The notes beneath the pieces are model-generated. The model was not told the DNA's origin. It was given only the letters and a program-made list of their open reading frames with translations, and did no database searches. A DNA stretch of 64,000 nucleotides from an uncultured Bacteroidota bacterium. GTDB lineage: Bacteria > Bacteroidota > Bacteroidia > Chitinophagales > LD1. A program made the position numbers and the translations under genes. The stretch lies in contig CALAYL010000029.1 in NCBI GenBank assembly GCA_937894725.1, positions 20,471 through 84,470 of the forward strand, read 5' to 3'. Positions 8,599-19,407 of this stretch are shown one piece after another. Within the stretch, counting starts at the first letter, position 1; each line of letters starts with the position of its first letter.

Positions 8599-11500
8599 AT
8601 GAAAAAGCATTTATTCTTTTATTCCTTGCTACTGGGGTTTACTTTTCAAATTTTTGCACAGTCTTCTTCTAAGCTCGGTTTTCACTTACAACAAAAATTA
8701 AAAAACACCGCACTCTCCGAAAGCTCCACTTTACAGCCATTGCTGGTAATGGGCAAACCTGATGAAATAAAGGAAATAACGATTCGGCATAAGGGTGTGT
8801 TTAAATTTGCGACAAAAAATATTTGCTCTGTTGCTATACCGCACAATCAACTGATTTCTTTTGCCAAAGAAAATGCGGTGATTCGTATCGAAAATAGTTT
8901 TGCTGAGGGCACACCTCTGATAGATACCAGCAGAGTAAACGCTAATGTGGACAAGGTACACGCTGGCGCATCGCCACTTACTCAAGCTTACACTGGCAAA
9001 AATGTAGTGGTGGGTATCATTGATGGGGGCATCTTTTTTCAACATGGCGACTTTCGAAAATCGAATGGCAGTACCCGTATTCGCTATATCTGGGATCAAG
9101 CTAAGGTAGGTACTGCCCCTCAACCATACAATTATGGAGCAGAATGGGATTCATCCGCTATCAATGCAGGTAGTTGTACTCACCTAGCGCCTACTAGCGA
9201 CCAAGGTCATGGAACCAACGTGGCTGGCATAGCCGCTGGCAATGGTCTTGGTGCTACCACTCCCACACTTCAAGCACAATACAAAGGTATAGCTAGCGAG
9301 GCTAACATCGTAGTGGTAAGTATGGATTACAATTCTTCAGATTTTTTACAAAATGTGGCCGATGCAGTAGATTATATTTATAAAAAAGCCGATGCTTTGG
9401 GTATGCCTTGTGTAATAAACACTAGTATAGGCACCTACTACGGTTCGCGCGATGCAAAGGACCTAGCTAGTCAGGCTATCGAACATCTGGTCTGTGCTAA
9501 AAAAGGTCGCTCTCTAGTAGCGGCCGCGGGCAATGTGGGCAATCGAAAAATGCACCTTGGCTACAATCTAAGCGCTACTGATTCTCTTTTTACTTGGTTT
9601 GCCTACAATGCATCATTCCAGCATGCCTATTTTGATTTGTGGGCAGATACTGCGCTATTTACAAATGCGCTTTTTGCTATAGGCTGCGACAACAACACGC
9701 CCGCATTTTTGAAAAGAACAAAATACTACAATATACTCACTGATTTTAACCCTGCTCAAGGCACTACCGTGTCTATAGACGATTCGCTTTTTAACGGTGC
9801 TACAAAATTGGGTAACTACACTATTTACGCCACACTCGAAGGGGGTACATACCACATTGAGTTTTTGATAAAACCCACTACGTCCTCTCATCTTTGGCGA
9901 TTGCAAACCAAAGGCAGTGGCCGCTTTGACCTTTGGGCAAATCAAGCTGTGATTAATTTTACTTCCAATATTTTGACCAGCCCTCTACCGGGCAGTTTTA
10001 GCTCTGCTAATTATCGTTTTCCAGATACGCTCAAGACTTTAGTTTCCTCATGGCAAAATTCAAGCAGCGTAATCACCGTAGCGAATTACTCAAACAGAAC
10101 CTACTATGTAGATATAGATGGTGTAAATAGAGTGCCCGCTGGCGAAACACCGCAAGACATCATCGTCAATTCGAGTATAGGCCCTACACGCGATGGACGA
10201 CAAAAACCAAATATCTCTGCTCCTGGCAACACTACCATAAGCACAGGAGATTCGGTGATTATAACCTTACTTAAAGGCACTCCTTCTAATCGGCTAAAAA
10301 TCGGAATTGGTGGTAAACACAATAGAAATGGTGGTACCTCAATGGCTTCGCCTGTAGTGGCGGGTGTGGTAGCACTCTATCTCGAAAAGCGACCTACCGC
10401 AAGTTATCATGAAGTACAACAAGCTATCGAACTTTTTGCTAAAACCGATACTTATACTGGTGCTGTACCTAGTGTGCGTTGGGGATATGGCAAAGTAAAT
10501 GCTTTTGCTACTTTAACTATGGCTACTCTAGGGTGCAAAGACCCACTGGCGGCCAATTACAACCCTACTGCTAATATTGACACAGGTGGATGTAGCTATA
10601 CGTATGTTTGGAATGGTGTAAAGTCTATAGACTGGAATGAACCTCTAAACTGGACGCCAAATCCAGTGTGTTGTGGACCAAATACCTGCGATGCGAATGT
10701 AACGATCCCATCAGCTACGCCATTTAGCCCCTCTATTCTTCATGGCGATATACAAGTAGGAAATTTGACGCTAAATAATAATGCAAATCTCTCCATTGAA
10801 AACAATAAGCAACTTTTTGTTTGCAAAAATATCCAAGGTGGAAGTGCTACTGCTTTTGCAAAGAATGGAAAAATAGTTTTGAATGGCTCTGCTGCGCAAA
10901 ACATAAGCGGAGCCTTGAGAGTCGATACGCTTTTATTAAAAAATGATTTTGGCGCTAACATCAACGGTACAACCGAAATACACGATAGATTGATTTTACA
11001 ATCGGGCAACCTAAACACGAGTAACGGCACGCTTCGTTTTTTGAGTGACTCCGCTAACCACTGCGCTACTATTGATTTTTCGGCCTCCAATACGGGTCGT
11101 ATCCTAGGCAATATTCAAGCACAACGGTATGTGCCTGTAGCGGGCAATAATCAACACTTTGTGAGTATGCCCGTAAATAACCCGCCTTTTTCGCTCTTGG
11201 GTGCTAGTGGCACAGCTGGTTTTGTGATACCTACACTCGATTGCAATGAAGATTCGCTATTGGCGGGCTCGCCTTATGGCCGTGTTTTTCGAAACCATGA
11301 AAATAATGGCGCTGGCTGCTCGCTCAAAAGTTGGGAAGTAGTGACCTCGGGCAATACCGAAAATTCAAGAGGGTATTCTGCATATCTCAATGGTAATCAA
11401 AAATTGACCATATCGGGAGATCCAAATCAACTCGATAGTTTTGCTTTTTCATCTGTGACCAATACAAATTGGGCAAGTCATACTACCGCACAAGGTCGTC

Positions 11501-12474
11501 CGCAATCAGCTGGGTGGAACTTGGTAGGTAATCCGTATCTATCTATCGTCAATTTACAACCCAAATCTGCGCTTGACGCACAAGTGAATATATGGCAAAC
11601 ATCGGGGCCTTATCAAGGCACTTATCAAAGCGTGATGATGGGAACCAATGCAGTGATAGCGCCTTTTCAAGGGTTTTTTGTGCACAAAACAACGCCTGGC
11701 AATACGCATTTTGCGGTAACCAAAAATGAATGTATCAATACGCCTATCTCGCCTATTTCATTTTATAAAAAAACGAACGATCATTCGCTTTTCATTGCTG
11801 TATCTGGCAACGGTTTTAAGGATAAGACCGAGATAGGTTTCAACACCGAGGCTACCGCTAATTTTGACCCACTATATGATGCCAATAAATTTCATAGTAA
11901 ACTCGGTCAGCCGACTCTCTATACTGGCGATGGGCTTTCGCATTTTTCGATAAATACTTTTAACAATGTGATTGAAACCAATCAAATACCGCTTGGATTT
12001 GAACCAGGAAAAGAGGGTACTTTTACACTTCATTTTGACGGTATAAATTCTTTTTCTCCTCTACAAAACATTCATCTTCTTGACTTAAAAACGAATACGT
12101 TGACCGACTTAAAACAACAAAATTCATATTCTTTTAGCGCACTAAAATTGGATGATTGGAATCGTTTTTTGATTTTGTTTGAAGAAAATAGCACAGGCAT
12201 AAATCCGCTAGCAAATAAGCATTACGGATTCACAATTTCGCCAAATCCGATGACAGAAAATACTCGATTTGAACTGAGCAAAGATTTTCAAAAAACAAAC
12301 GATTGGAACATTGTGATTGTAGATGCCTTAGGTAGAGTGGTAGATACACTTGTTTTTAATCAAAATCAATTTTCCGTGAACTATACAAACACAAGCTTAG
12401 CAGCTGGTGTCTATTTTGCGGTATTGAAGTCTAGTTCTAAAACGGTGGCTACTCAGCAGATGATGATAAAATAG
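8599..12474 (+). CDS. S8 family subtilisin-like serine peptidase with a T9SS C-terminal sorting domain
   Basis: The 1291-aa ORF has a signal peptide. Catalytic triad contexts are VVVGIIDGG (Asp), DQGHGTNVAGIAAG (His) and GGTSMASPVVAGVVAL (Ser). The C-terminal roughly 80 aa (ISPNPMTENTRFEL...AGVYFAVLKSSSKTV) resemble a type A T9SS sorting domain. Confidence 0.9.
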   Translation: MKKHLFFYSLLLGFTFQIFAQSSSKLGFHLQQKLKNTALSESSTLQPLLVMGKPDEIKEITIRHKGVFKFATKNICSVAIPHNQLISFAKENAVIRIENSFAEGTPLIDTSRVNANVDKVHAGASPLTQAYTGKNVVVGIIDGGIFFQHGDFRKSNGSTRIRYIWDQAKVGTAPQPYNYGAEWDSSAINAGSCTHLAPTSDQGHGTNVAGIAAGNGLGATTPTLQAQYKGIASEANIVVVSMDYNSSDFLQNVADAVDYIYKKADALGMPCVINTSIGTYYGSRDAKDLASQAIEHLVCAKKGRSLVAAAGNVGNRKMHLGYNLSATDSLFTWFAYNASFQHAYFDLWADTALFTNALFAIGCDNNTPAFLKRTKYYNILTDFNPAQGTTVSIDDSLFNGATKLGNYTIYATLEGGTYHIEFLIKPTTSSHLWRLQTKGSGRFDLWANQAVINFTSNILTSPLPGSFSSANYRFPDTLKTLVSSWQNSSSVITVANYSNRTYYVDIDGVNRVPAGETPQDIIVNSSIGPTRDGRQKPNISAPGNTTISTGDSVIITLLKGTPSNRLKIGIGGKHNRNGGTSMASPVVAGVVALYLEKRPTASYHEVQQAIELFAKTDTYTGAVPSVRWGYGKVNAFATLTMATLGCKDPLAANYNPTANIDTGGCSYTYVWNGVKSIDWNEPLNWTPNPVCCGPNTCDANVTIPSATPFSPSILHGDIQVGNLTLNNNANLSIENNKQLFVCKNIQGGSATAFAKNGKIVLNGSAAQNISGALRVDTLLLKNDFGANINGTTEIHDRLILQSGNLNTSNGTLRFLSDSANHCATIDFSASNTGRILGNIQAQRYVPVAGNNQHFVSMPVNNPPFSLLGASGTAGFVIPTLDCNEDSLLAGSPYGRVFRNHENNGAGCSLKSWEVVTSGNTENSRGYSAYLNGNQKLTISGDPNQLDSFAFSSVTNTNWASHTTAQGRPQSAGWNLVGNPYLSIVNLQPKSALDAQVNIWQTSGPYQGTYQSVMMGTNAVIAPFQGFFVHKTTPGNTHFAVTKNECINTPISPISFYKKTNDHSLFIAVSGNGFKDKTEIGFNTEATANFDPLYDANKFHSKLGQPTLYTGDGLSHFSINTFNNVIETNQIPLGFEPGKEGTFTLHFDGINSFSPLQNIHLLDLKTNTLTDLKQQNSYSFSALKLDDWNRFLILFEENSTGINPLANKHYGFTISPNPMTENTRFELSKDFQKTNDWNIVIVDALGRVVDTLVFNQNQFSVNYTNTSLAAGVYFAVLKSSSKTVATQQMMIK

Positions 12475-12512
12475 TATCCTACTTTTTGAATCAAAAAAAC
12501 TACTTTTGATTT

Positions 12513-13085
12513 ATGATAGCCATAGATGATAAGTTGGTAAGCGATGATTTGTTAGATGAAAATTTCGTGTGTGATCTTGCGGCCTGCAAGGGTGCTTGCT
12601 GCGTAGAAGGCGATACCGGTGCTCCTCTCGAAGAAAGCGAATTGCCGATTTTAGATACTATATACGAGACGGTAAAACCCTATCTCACCACTGATGGAAT
12701 AGCCGTACTAGAAAAAGAAAAGTACATGTGGGAGGAAGAGGACCAGAAACACAAAACCCCGCTTATAAAAAATGGCCCCTGTGCATATGTAAACTATGAT
12801 AATGGTGTGGCGGTCTGCGGTATCGAAAAAGCTTTTTTAGATGGTAAAGTGGAATTTCAAAAACCCGTTTCGTGCCACTTGTATCCCGTGAGAATAACTA
12901 AAAAACGAGACTTTGAGGCGGTGAACTATGAGCGATGGAATATTTGTAAAGCAGCTTGCAAAAATGGCAATAAGCTAAAAGTGCCCGTATATAAATTTGT
13001 AAAAACGGCCCTCATTAGAAAATACGGAGAGGAGTTTTATAATGTATTGGATCAGTATTATCAGCATAAAAACAAAAAGGTATAA
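12513..13085 (+). CDS. Cys-rich DUF3109-like protein
   Basis: The 190-aa ORF has an N-terminal CDLAACKGACCVEGDTGAPL pattern plus later conserved Cys residues (GPCAYV, VSCHLYP). The family name is from memory and was not searched. Confidence 0.65.
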   Translation: MIAIDDKLVSDDLLDENFVCDLAACKGACCVEGDTGAPLEESELPILDTIYETVKPYLTTDGIAVLEKEKYMWEEEDQKHKTPLIKNGPCAYVNYDNGVAVCGIEKAFLDGKVEFQKPVSCHLYPVRITKKRDFEAVNYERWNICKAACKNGNKLKVPVYKFVKTALIRKYGEEFYNVLDQYYQHKNKKV

Positions 13086-13185
13086 TTTCCGCTCAAAAAG
13101 GCCTTTTTGGGTCTCCCATTTTATTTAAAAAACGCCTAAATTTTCTTTTGCTGATTTCTCCTATCTTTCCGACTTCAATTTTTTT

Positions 13186-14487
13186 ATGAAACATAAAATA
13201 GGTCTTTATACTGCGCTGTCAATTGTGATAGCCAATATGGTGGGAACTGGTGTCTTTACTAGTCTGGGGTTTCAATTGTTTGGCACAAGCGATATAGCGG
13301 CTATTTTGAGTTTATGGGTTATAGGAGGTGTGGTGGCTATACTTGGTTCTTTTGCATATAGCGAATTGGGGGCGGCTATACCTAAGTCGGGTGGCGAGTA
13401 TCGATTTTTGAGCGAAACATTTCATCCTTTTTTAGGTTTTTTGTCGGGCTGGGTGTCTGCAACCATTGGTTTTGCGGCTCCCATTGCGGCAGCCGCCTGG
13501 GCATTAGGCAAGTACTTAAACACGATTAATCCTAGTTTGCCAGCACAGTGGATTGGATTTATCGTAATCATACTCATAACGATAGTACAATCTACTAATC
13601 ACCAGATCGGTGGGGGATTTCAACGCTATGCTACGAGTATCAAAATAGGCTTAATATTGGTTTTTATCTTGGTAGGTGCATTTGCTACTACGCAGCTTGA
13701 TTTTTCAATTTTACCTACTGCGGCTACTTGGCATGATATGATGCAGCCGTCTTTTGCGGTGTCGCTGGTATATGTGTCATACGCCTACTCTGGCTGGAAT
13801 GCTTCTTCGTATATAGCGGGCGAGATGTATAAACCGGAGCGCAATATTCCCATTTCGATTTTGGGAGGTACCTTGTTGGTAGCATTGCTCTACATTGGTC
13901 TCAATTTTATTTTTTTGAAAACAGCTCCATTAAATGAAATGCGTGGAGTGCCCGAAGTGGCCTTTGTTTCTGCCAAATATATTTTTGGCGCTGGTGGTAG
14001 CAAGTTGGTCTCGTTGATGATTTCGCTTTTGCTTGTTTCGACTATCAGCTCGATGATTATCGTAGGGCCACGAGTGATAAACGCCATTGGCGAAGATTAT
14101 CCAATTTTTAAAATAGTTTCTCACAAAAACAAACACGGCATTCCTGTGGTAGCCATCATCAGCCAGTCTGCTATCGCTTCGATATTGCTTTTTTCTTCTA
14201 CATTCGACACTATCATCACCTATATTTCATTTACGTTGTCGCTCTTTTCGACACTTACCGTACTGGGCGTTTTTTTTCATAGAAAAAAATACCCAGACCT
14301 AGCTCGTCCTTACAAAACCTGGGGCTATCCTTTCACCCCAGCTATCTATGTGGCAATTAATTGTTGGTTTTTGTATTTCGTTTTTACGCAAAAAACGGCT
14401 GAATCGCTCATTGGGCTAGGCGTGGTAGCACTAGGAGCTATCTTTTGGCTAGTGAGCCATAAAAGGGTAAATAAGCCAGCGGTATAA
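13186..14487 (+). CDS. APC-superfamily amino acid permease
   Basis: The 433-aa ORF has about 12 hydrophobic segments and the motif NMVGTGVFTSLG near the N-terminus, typical of amino-acid/polyamine permeases. Confidence 0.85.
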   Translation: MKHKIGLYTALSIVIANMVGTGVFTSLGFQLFGTSDIAAILSLWVIGGVVAILGSFAYSELGAAIPKSGGEYRFLSETFHPFLGFLSGWVSATIGFAAPIAAAAWALGKYLNTINPSLPAQWIGFIVIILITIVQSTNHQIGGGFQRYATSIKIGLILVFILVGAFATTQLDFSILPTAATWHDMMQPSFAVSLVYVSYAYSGWNASSYIAGEMYKPERNIPISILGGTLLVALLYIGLNFIFLKTAPLNEMRGVPEVAFVSAKYIFGAGGSKLVSLMISLLLVSTISSMIIVGPRVINAIGEDYPIFKIVSHKNKHGIPVVAIISQSAIASILLFSSTFDTIITYISFTLSLFSTLTVLGVFFHRKKYPDLARPYKTWGYPFTPAIYVAINCWFLYFVFTQKTAESLIGLGVVALGAIFWLVSHKRVNKPAV

Positions 14488-14546
14488 TTGGTATTTTCTT
14501 GTTTAGGTCAAAAGATTTATAGCTTTGCATTCCTAAAAAAATTTGC

Positions 14547-15743
14547 ATGCGCATTTATTCGTTTTTTCTTTTTTCCCTTCTCCTTTTCGGTTGTAGAAAC
14601 ACTACACCCAAAAACAAGCAAAATTCGGAAGCTACTCCTAGCTCGATAGATACCTCAGCCTCCATAGTGACGGCTACGGTGAATGAGGATAATGCCTATC
14701 AGCAAACAGCGTTGTATCTCGCTGGCTTGGCTACCGTTGCTGATAAAAAGATAAACCCTAGTATTATTCAAAATGATGCGTATCGTCTTTTTTCGGATTC
14801 GCTCAATAGAGGCTTTGAAAATATGGAAATGGCTCGTTTGAGTAAGATGAGAAATTGGGCGCAGACAGAGCTAAAGGAAGAGCAAGCTGCGAAAACGGTT
14901 TTTTATCCATTTAGCGGCCCAGACATACTGCATTGTGTACAGTTTTATCCAAATGCAGATCAATATATTTTGATAGCACTCGAAAAATACGGCTCGCTAC
15001 CTATGCTCGAAAAAATGGATACCGCTAAGGCGATGCAATATCTCAGCTCGGTAACCTCCTCACTCGAAGATATTTTTGGGAAGAGTTATTTTATTACTCG
15101 CAAAATGCTCAAGGATGTAAGCAATAGCGTGAACGGTTTTGTGCCATTAGCTTCTGTGTTTTTGGTGCGCTCTGGTTTTGAAATCAAGGATGTACAATAC
15201 AAGCACCTCAATGACGATGGTTCATTTTCGACCTTGTCGTTTGACTCTTGTGGTAGAAGAGTAAATGATTTGGTCGAAATATATTTTACAAAAAAAGGCG
15301 AAAACCTTCTGCGCAAAGTGTTGTATTTCCGCACCAATCTTTGTGATGATCCTTTTGGTGGAATGAAGAGTTTTAAAGAAAACATTGCGCTACAAAACTA
15401 TCTCAATGCGTTGCCCGAGTTTTATACTTATGTGAAGTCTGCTTCGTATCTAATGAACTATCCTTCGTTTGACATTATTCGAAAAATCTGTTTAGCAAAA
15501 AGCAAATCTATCTTACAAGACGACACTGGGGTTGCGCTTCGCTATCTTGACAGTACTAAATGGACTATTAAGCTGTTTGGCAATTATGTAAAACCCGTGT
15601 CAGATTTTTCGGGCGTGTGGCAAGAAGACTTGAAGGCGGCTTATGTAAAAGATAGTTTATCGATTCAAAAGATACCTTTTTCGCTTGGTTATCACTGGGG
15701 TGATCAAAACACGCAAAACTTGATGAAATTTACTCGAAAATAG
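14547..15743 (+). CDS. Hypothetical lipoprotein
   Basis: The 398-aa ORF has a lipobox-like LLLFGCRN. I recognise no other motif. Confidence 0.55.
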   Translation: MRIYSFFLFSLLLFGCRNTTPKNKQNSEATPSSIDTSASIVTATVNEDNAYQQTALYLAGLATVADKKINPSIIQNDAYRLFSDSLNRGFENMEMARLSKMRNWAQTELKEEQAAKTVFYPFSGPDILHCVQFYPNADQYILIALEKYGSLPMLEKMDTAKAMQYLSSVTSSLEDIFGKSYFITRKMLKDVSNSVNGFVPLASVFLVRSGFEIKDVQYKHLNDDGSFSTLSFDSCGRRVNDLVEIYFTKKGENLLRKVLYFRTNLCDDPFGGMKSFKENIALQNYLNALPEFYTYVKSASYLMNYPSFDIIRKICLAKSKSILQDDTGVALRYLDSTKWTIKLFGNYVKPVSDFSGVWQEDLKAAYVKDSLSIQKIPFSLGYHWGDQNTQNLMKFTRK

Positions 15744-15769
15744 TTTCTTCTTTTTTTCTATTTTAGAAA

Positions 15770-16969
15770 ATGAGTTGGCGTTTGATTTTGGGGTGTTTTT
15801 TAACTACCATAAATAGTTGCTTGTTTTCGCAAGCGGATTTTTCGTTTGAGCAGTTATTTGAAAAAAATGCTTCCTCTTTTGATAGTATCATAGACCGTAA
15901 AAAAGAATACCGCCTCCAAATCGCTTATACCCAAATAGACCGTACGGCCAATGGAACGCCTATTACAAAAACATATACTTTTGATGCAGACAAGTACTAC
16001 TATTATGCTGCTAGTCTTGTCAAATTTCCGGCTGCTGTATTTTGTTTAGAAAAATTTAATCGATTGGCCAAATATGGTATTTCGCTGTCGGATTCATTTG
16101 ATATAAACAATACGGCTTGTGCAAATCTGACAAAGGAAAACCTATGGAAAAATAAGTCGCCTCGAAATTTTTCGTTTTTACTAAAAAACTTGTTGGTCAT
16201 AAGCGACAACAATGCGTTTAACCCTATCTACGATTTTGTGACTCCAATAGAGTTTGCTCAACGGTTTGAACGGCTAAGATTTAAAGATGCGGTAGTGTGT
16301 AGGCGATTTGCTAAATGTGACTTGGCAGAAAATAGTAAGGCAAATGGGATAACCTTTTTTGACGAATCTGGGTCTATAAAAATGGAGCAGATGGCTATGA
16401 ATTTTGATTTTGTGCATGCGTATGCTGGTAAATTAAATTCTCGTGTAGGTCGTGGGTTTCTCGATGGAAAATTAAAGCAACATCCTTTTGATTTTTCGGA
16501 TTATAATTATGTCCGTTTATCTGACTTGCATCAGTTGATGCAGTGGGTCGTTTTTGAAGATAGCACTCAACTAAAGCTGCGAAGCAGCGATTTTTTGTTT
16601 TTGAAAAATACGCTTAGTCAATATCCTCGTTCGCTCAGTATGACAGACTTTGACGAAAAAAAATATCCCGATAGTTACATGAAGTATTTTTGGCGTGCAG
16701 ACTCTTCCCAAACAGTTATTCCTTCAAGGTTTCATCTTTATAACAAAGTAGGTCAAGCGTATGGATTTTTGTCAGACTGTATGTATTTTAAAGATATAGA
16801 AAACGGTATTGAGTTTTTTTTAACGGCTTCTATTTATGTAAATAAAAATGAAACATTAAACGATGGCAAGTATGAATATGCTAGCACTGGATTTCCTTTT
16901 TTAGAAAATATTTTTGCTGCTATATATAACCATGAGGTAGAGCGCAGAGCTAAATCTGAACCTAGATAA
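15770..16969 (+). CDS. Class A beta-lactamase-like serine hydrolase
   Basis: The 399-aa ORF has a signal-like N-terminus. An SxxK candidate is AASLVKF and an SDN-loop candidate is LVISDNNAFN. The call rests on motifs only. Confidence 0.6.
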   Translation: MSWRLILGCFLTTINSCLFSQADFSFEQLFEKNASSFDSIIDRKKEYRLQIAYTQIDRTANGTPITKTYTFDADKYYYYAASLVKFPAAVFCLEKFNRLAKYGISLSDSFDINNTACANLTKENLWKNKSPRNFSFLLKNLLVISDNNAFNPIYDFVTPIEFAQRFERLRFKDAVVCRRFAKCDLAENSKANGITFFDESGSIKMEQMAMNFDFVHAYAGKLNSRVGRGFLDGKLKQHPFDFSDYNYVRLSDLHQLMQWVVFEDSTQLKLRSSDFLFLKNTLSQYPRSLSMTDFDEKKYPDSYMKYFWRADSSQTVIPSRFHLYNKVGQAYGFLSDCMYFKDIENGIEFFLTASIYVNKNETLNDGKYEYASTGFPFLENIFAAIYNHEVERRAKSEPR

Positions 16970-16983
16970 AAACCTTCTTTCTT

Positions 16984-18231
16984 TTAATATATTAAATTCT
17001 GCTTCTCCTCTTCCGTTTTGATACGGCTATAAGCTACCAAAATCGAAAAGGAAATAATATTTGAGACATAAAATAGATAATGATGCGGCTGAAGGAAAAA
17101 GTTATAAAAAATGAGTAATGAAAATTTAAGACAACAGAGTAGGAAAAGTGTTTCGTTTTGCTTGGTGATTTTTTTGTAGAAAACAGCAAAAAAAAGAAAT
17201 GGAGAAAACAAATACGCCAACTTAAAAATCAACATATAGGTTTTGAAATTACCGTGATAAAAAAACTTGGCTAGACCTATTCCTTCGTTTATGAAACTTT
17301 GCATCATGAGCGCTCTATTACTATCCGAAAAAGCTACCATGTATGTCTTTTCTGTATTTAAAAACACCTCGTAATTATAAATAGCTTTAGTGAAAAACAT
17401 AATGGATAAAGAAAATAGAAAGACTAAGCTACCTGTATAGATTGTCCACTTTTTTTCGTTTTTGAAAAAGAACATCCAAACAAAATAAAATAGCATCCAG
17501 GGCAAAAACGAATACCTACTCAATAGACAAAAGGTAATAGCTGCAGCCGAAAAAAAAGGATTTCTAAAATAAAGCATGCTTAAGCTCAAAAGTATATAGT
17601 AAAACATAACTACGCCTTCCTGACAATACACAAATGTATAAGAGTAATACCTATATGTGGCGGCCAATATCGTTGCTATAGCTATCAAAAAAACAAAACT
17701 TCCTATCATATTTCTTTCTTTATTTTTTATAAAAAAAAGAGAGACAACTCCTGCCACAAAAAGGAAAAGTGAGACATAGCGCATATCAAAGTCAAAAATT
17801 ATGGCTGGTAAATATGGTAACCACATCATGGGTAAATATACGGCTTGTGCTCCACCCCAGAGTTCGTACATAATATTATTAGGAAGTTCTCCTCGCAAAA
17901 ATCGTTCGTTCATAATTTTTATAACGGGCAGCATATCTCCCAGATTGGGATTAATAGGCGAGTCTATTATCTTAATTATAAAATGGAATGATGAAAAACT
18001 GAGTATAAAAAGCAAGACCATTGATAAAAGTGTGCTTACTTTTTTTGTTGAAATTTTGTGTATTGGGTTTTTAAAAATTAAAGGTAGAATAGCGATAAGT
18101 AGGCCAGTCAAAAAATAAAGAATACTAAGTGTATTTATATCTCCGAATCGTGCTGTGAATGGGAGGATGAAGCTTTCTGAAATAATAAGAAAACCAAAAA
18201 AGAAAAGAGGAATACTTCCGAAATTTTTCAT
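16984..18231 (-). CDS. Polytopic integral membrane protein of unknown function
   Basis: The 415-aa ORF has at least 10 hydrophobic segments and is very AT-rich and Phe/Ile/Leu-rich. I see no catalytic motif. Confidence 0.6.
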   Translation of the reverse strand: MKNFGSIPLFFFGFLIISESFILPFTARFGDINTLSILYFLTGLLIAILPLIFKNPIHKISTKKVSTLLSMVLLFILSFSSFHFIIKIIDSPINPNLGDMLPVIKIMNERFLRGELPNNIMYELWGGAQAVYLPMMWLPYLPAIIFDFDMRYVSLFLFVAGVVSLFFIKNKERNMIGSFVFLIAIATILAATYRYYSYTFVYCQEGVVMFYYILLSLSMLYFRNPFFSAAAITFCLLSRYSFLPWMLFYFVWMFFFKNEKKWTIYTGSLVFLFSLSIMFFTKAIYNYEVFLNTEKTYMVAFSDSNRALMMQSFINEGIGLAKFFYHGNFKTYMLIFKLAYLFSPFLFFAVFYKKITKQNETLFLLCCLKFSLLIFYNFFLQPHHYLFYVSNIISFSILVAYSRIKTEEEKQNLIY

Positions 18232-18267
18232 GGCTATTTTGTACTTAAAAATACTTTTTATTTTGAC

Positions 18268-19407
18268 TTATTTAGCCCATTGTTGTCTGACTGCTCTTAC
18301 CAAATACTGATAGAGAGCGGGAATTTTTCCACTGTCTTTTTTTCTAAAATCGCGAGAATTGTCTCTTTTTCCAAAGCGCACAAAAACGATATTTTCTTTT
18401 GATAACACCGCTACATATTGTCCAAACATACCATCGGCTGTATAATCGCCCCCTCCATCTACATTTCTTGCCCACCACAATAATCCATAATCTGTTGTTG
18501 GATTTCCTCTTTTGTCTGGGTTTCCATGTGGCACGATAGATTGCCTTACGTAGGCGGTGTCAACAATTTGTTCTCCTTTCCAATTTCCAAGATGACTATA
18601 CAAAAGTCCTATGCGCACTAAATCTGCTGCGGTTGTATTCATACAGCAGTAAGACCGTTCATCGCCATTTTCCTTTTTATCAATAGTCCATCGAGCATCA
18701 TTTTCTGCACCTATTTTTGACCACAGTTTTTGAGAGGCATATTCAGATACAGGTATTCCTGTAATTTCTCGAAGCATCAAGGTAAGTACCTGCGGATCTA
18801 TATTTTTGTATTCGAATCGAGATGCAGGAGATAGTTCTGAATGTAAACTATCGACAAGACCTTTCACATCATTTCCATAAAACAACATTGATAGCTGTCC
18901 ATGGAGCTGTGCATTATCATGATAACTTACTCCAGAGCTCATTTGCATAAAGTGCTTTATCTTGATTGTATCCATTCCTTGCTTTCGAAATGGTGGATAA
19001 TACAAGGCCACAGGATCTTCTATGCTTTTTATTTTTCCTTCTTTTATGGCTATTCCTATCAAAATATTAACGACCGACTTTGTAGCTGAAAAAGGATTTG
19101 ACCTTTTTATTTCTTTCTTTTGGTTTGGTGACCATATAGCTATCAAACTATCTTTTTTAAAAACCATAAAAGCTGTAGATCCAGTATGCTTCAGTTTTTT
19201 AGCAATATCTTCCGAATTTTTTATTTTATATACACCTAGTCTTGAAACATCGTGTGGTTGTGGCTTTTGAGCTTTTACTACATGGTATGGAAAATGACGA
19301 TATTCATAAATTCCTGGCTTATTATAAATTACAGCATGTAGCGTTTGTTTACTACAAGAAGATAGTAGAAATAGAAATAAGACGCTACATAAAACTAAAC
19401 GAATCAT
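18268..19407 (-). CDS. Beta-lactamase-fold (class C/PBP4-like) serine hydrolase lipoprotein
   Basis: The 379-aa ORF has a lipobox LLSSCSK and an SxxK motif in FSATKSVVN. It shows typical family features such as YCCMNTTAADLVRIG. Confidence 0.8.
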   Translation of the reverse strand: MIRLVLCSVLFLFLLSSCSKQTLHAVIYNKPGIYEYRHFPYHVVKAQKPQPHDVSRLGVYKIKNSEDIAKKLKHTGSTAFMVFKKDSLIAIWSPNQKKEIKRSNPFSATKSVVNILIGIAIKEGKIKSIEDPVALYYPPFRKQGMDTIKIKHFMQMSSGVSYHDNAQLHGQLSMLFYGNDVKGLVDSLHSELSPASRFEYKNIDPQVLTLMLREITGIPVSEYASQKLWSKIGAENDARWTIDKKENGDERSYCCMNTTAADLVRIGLLYSHLGNWKGEQIVDTAYVRQSIVPHGNPDKRGNPTTDYGLLWWARNVDGGGDYTADGMFGQYVAVLSKENIVFVRFGKRDNSRDFRKKDSGKIPALYQYLVRAVRQQWAK

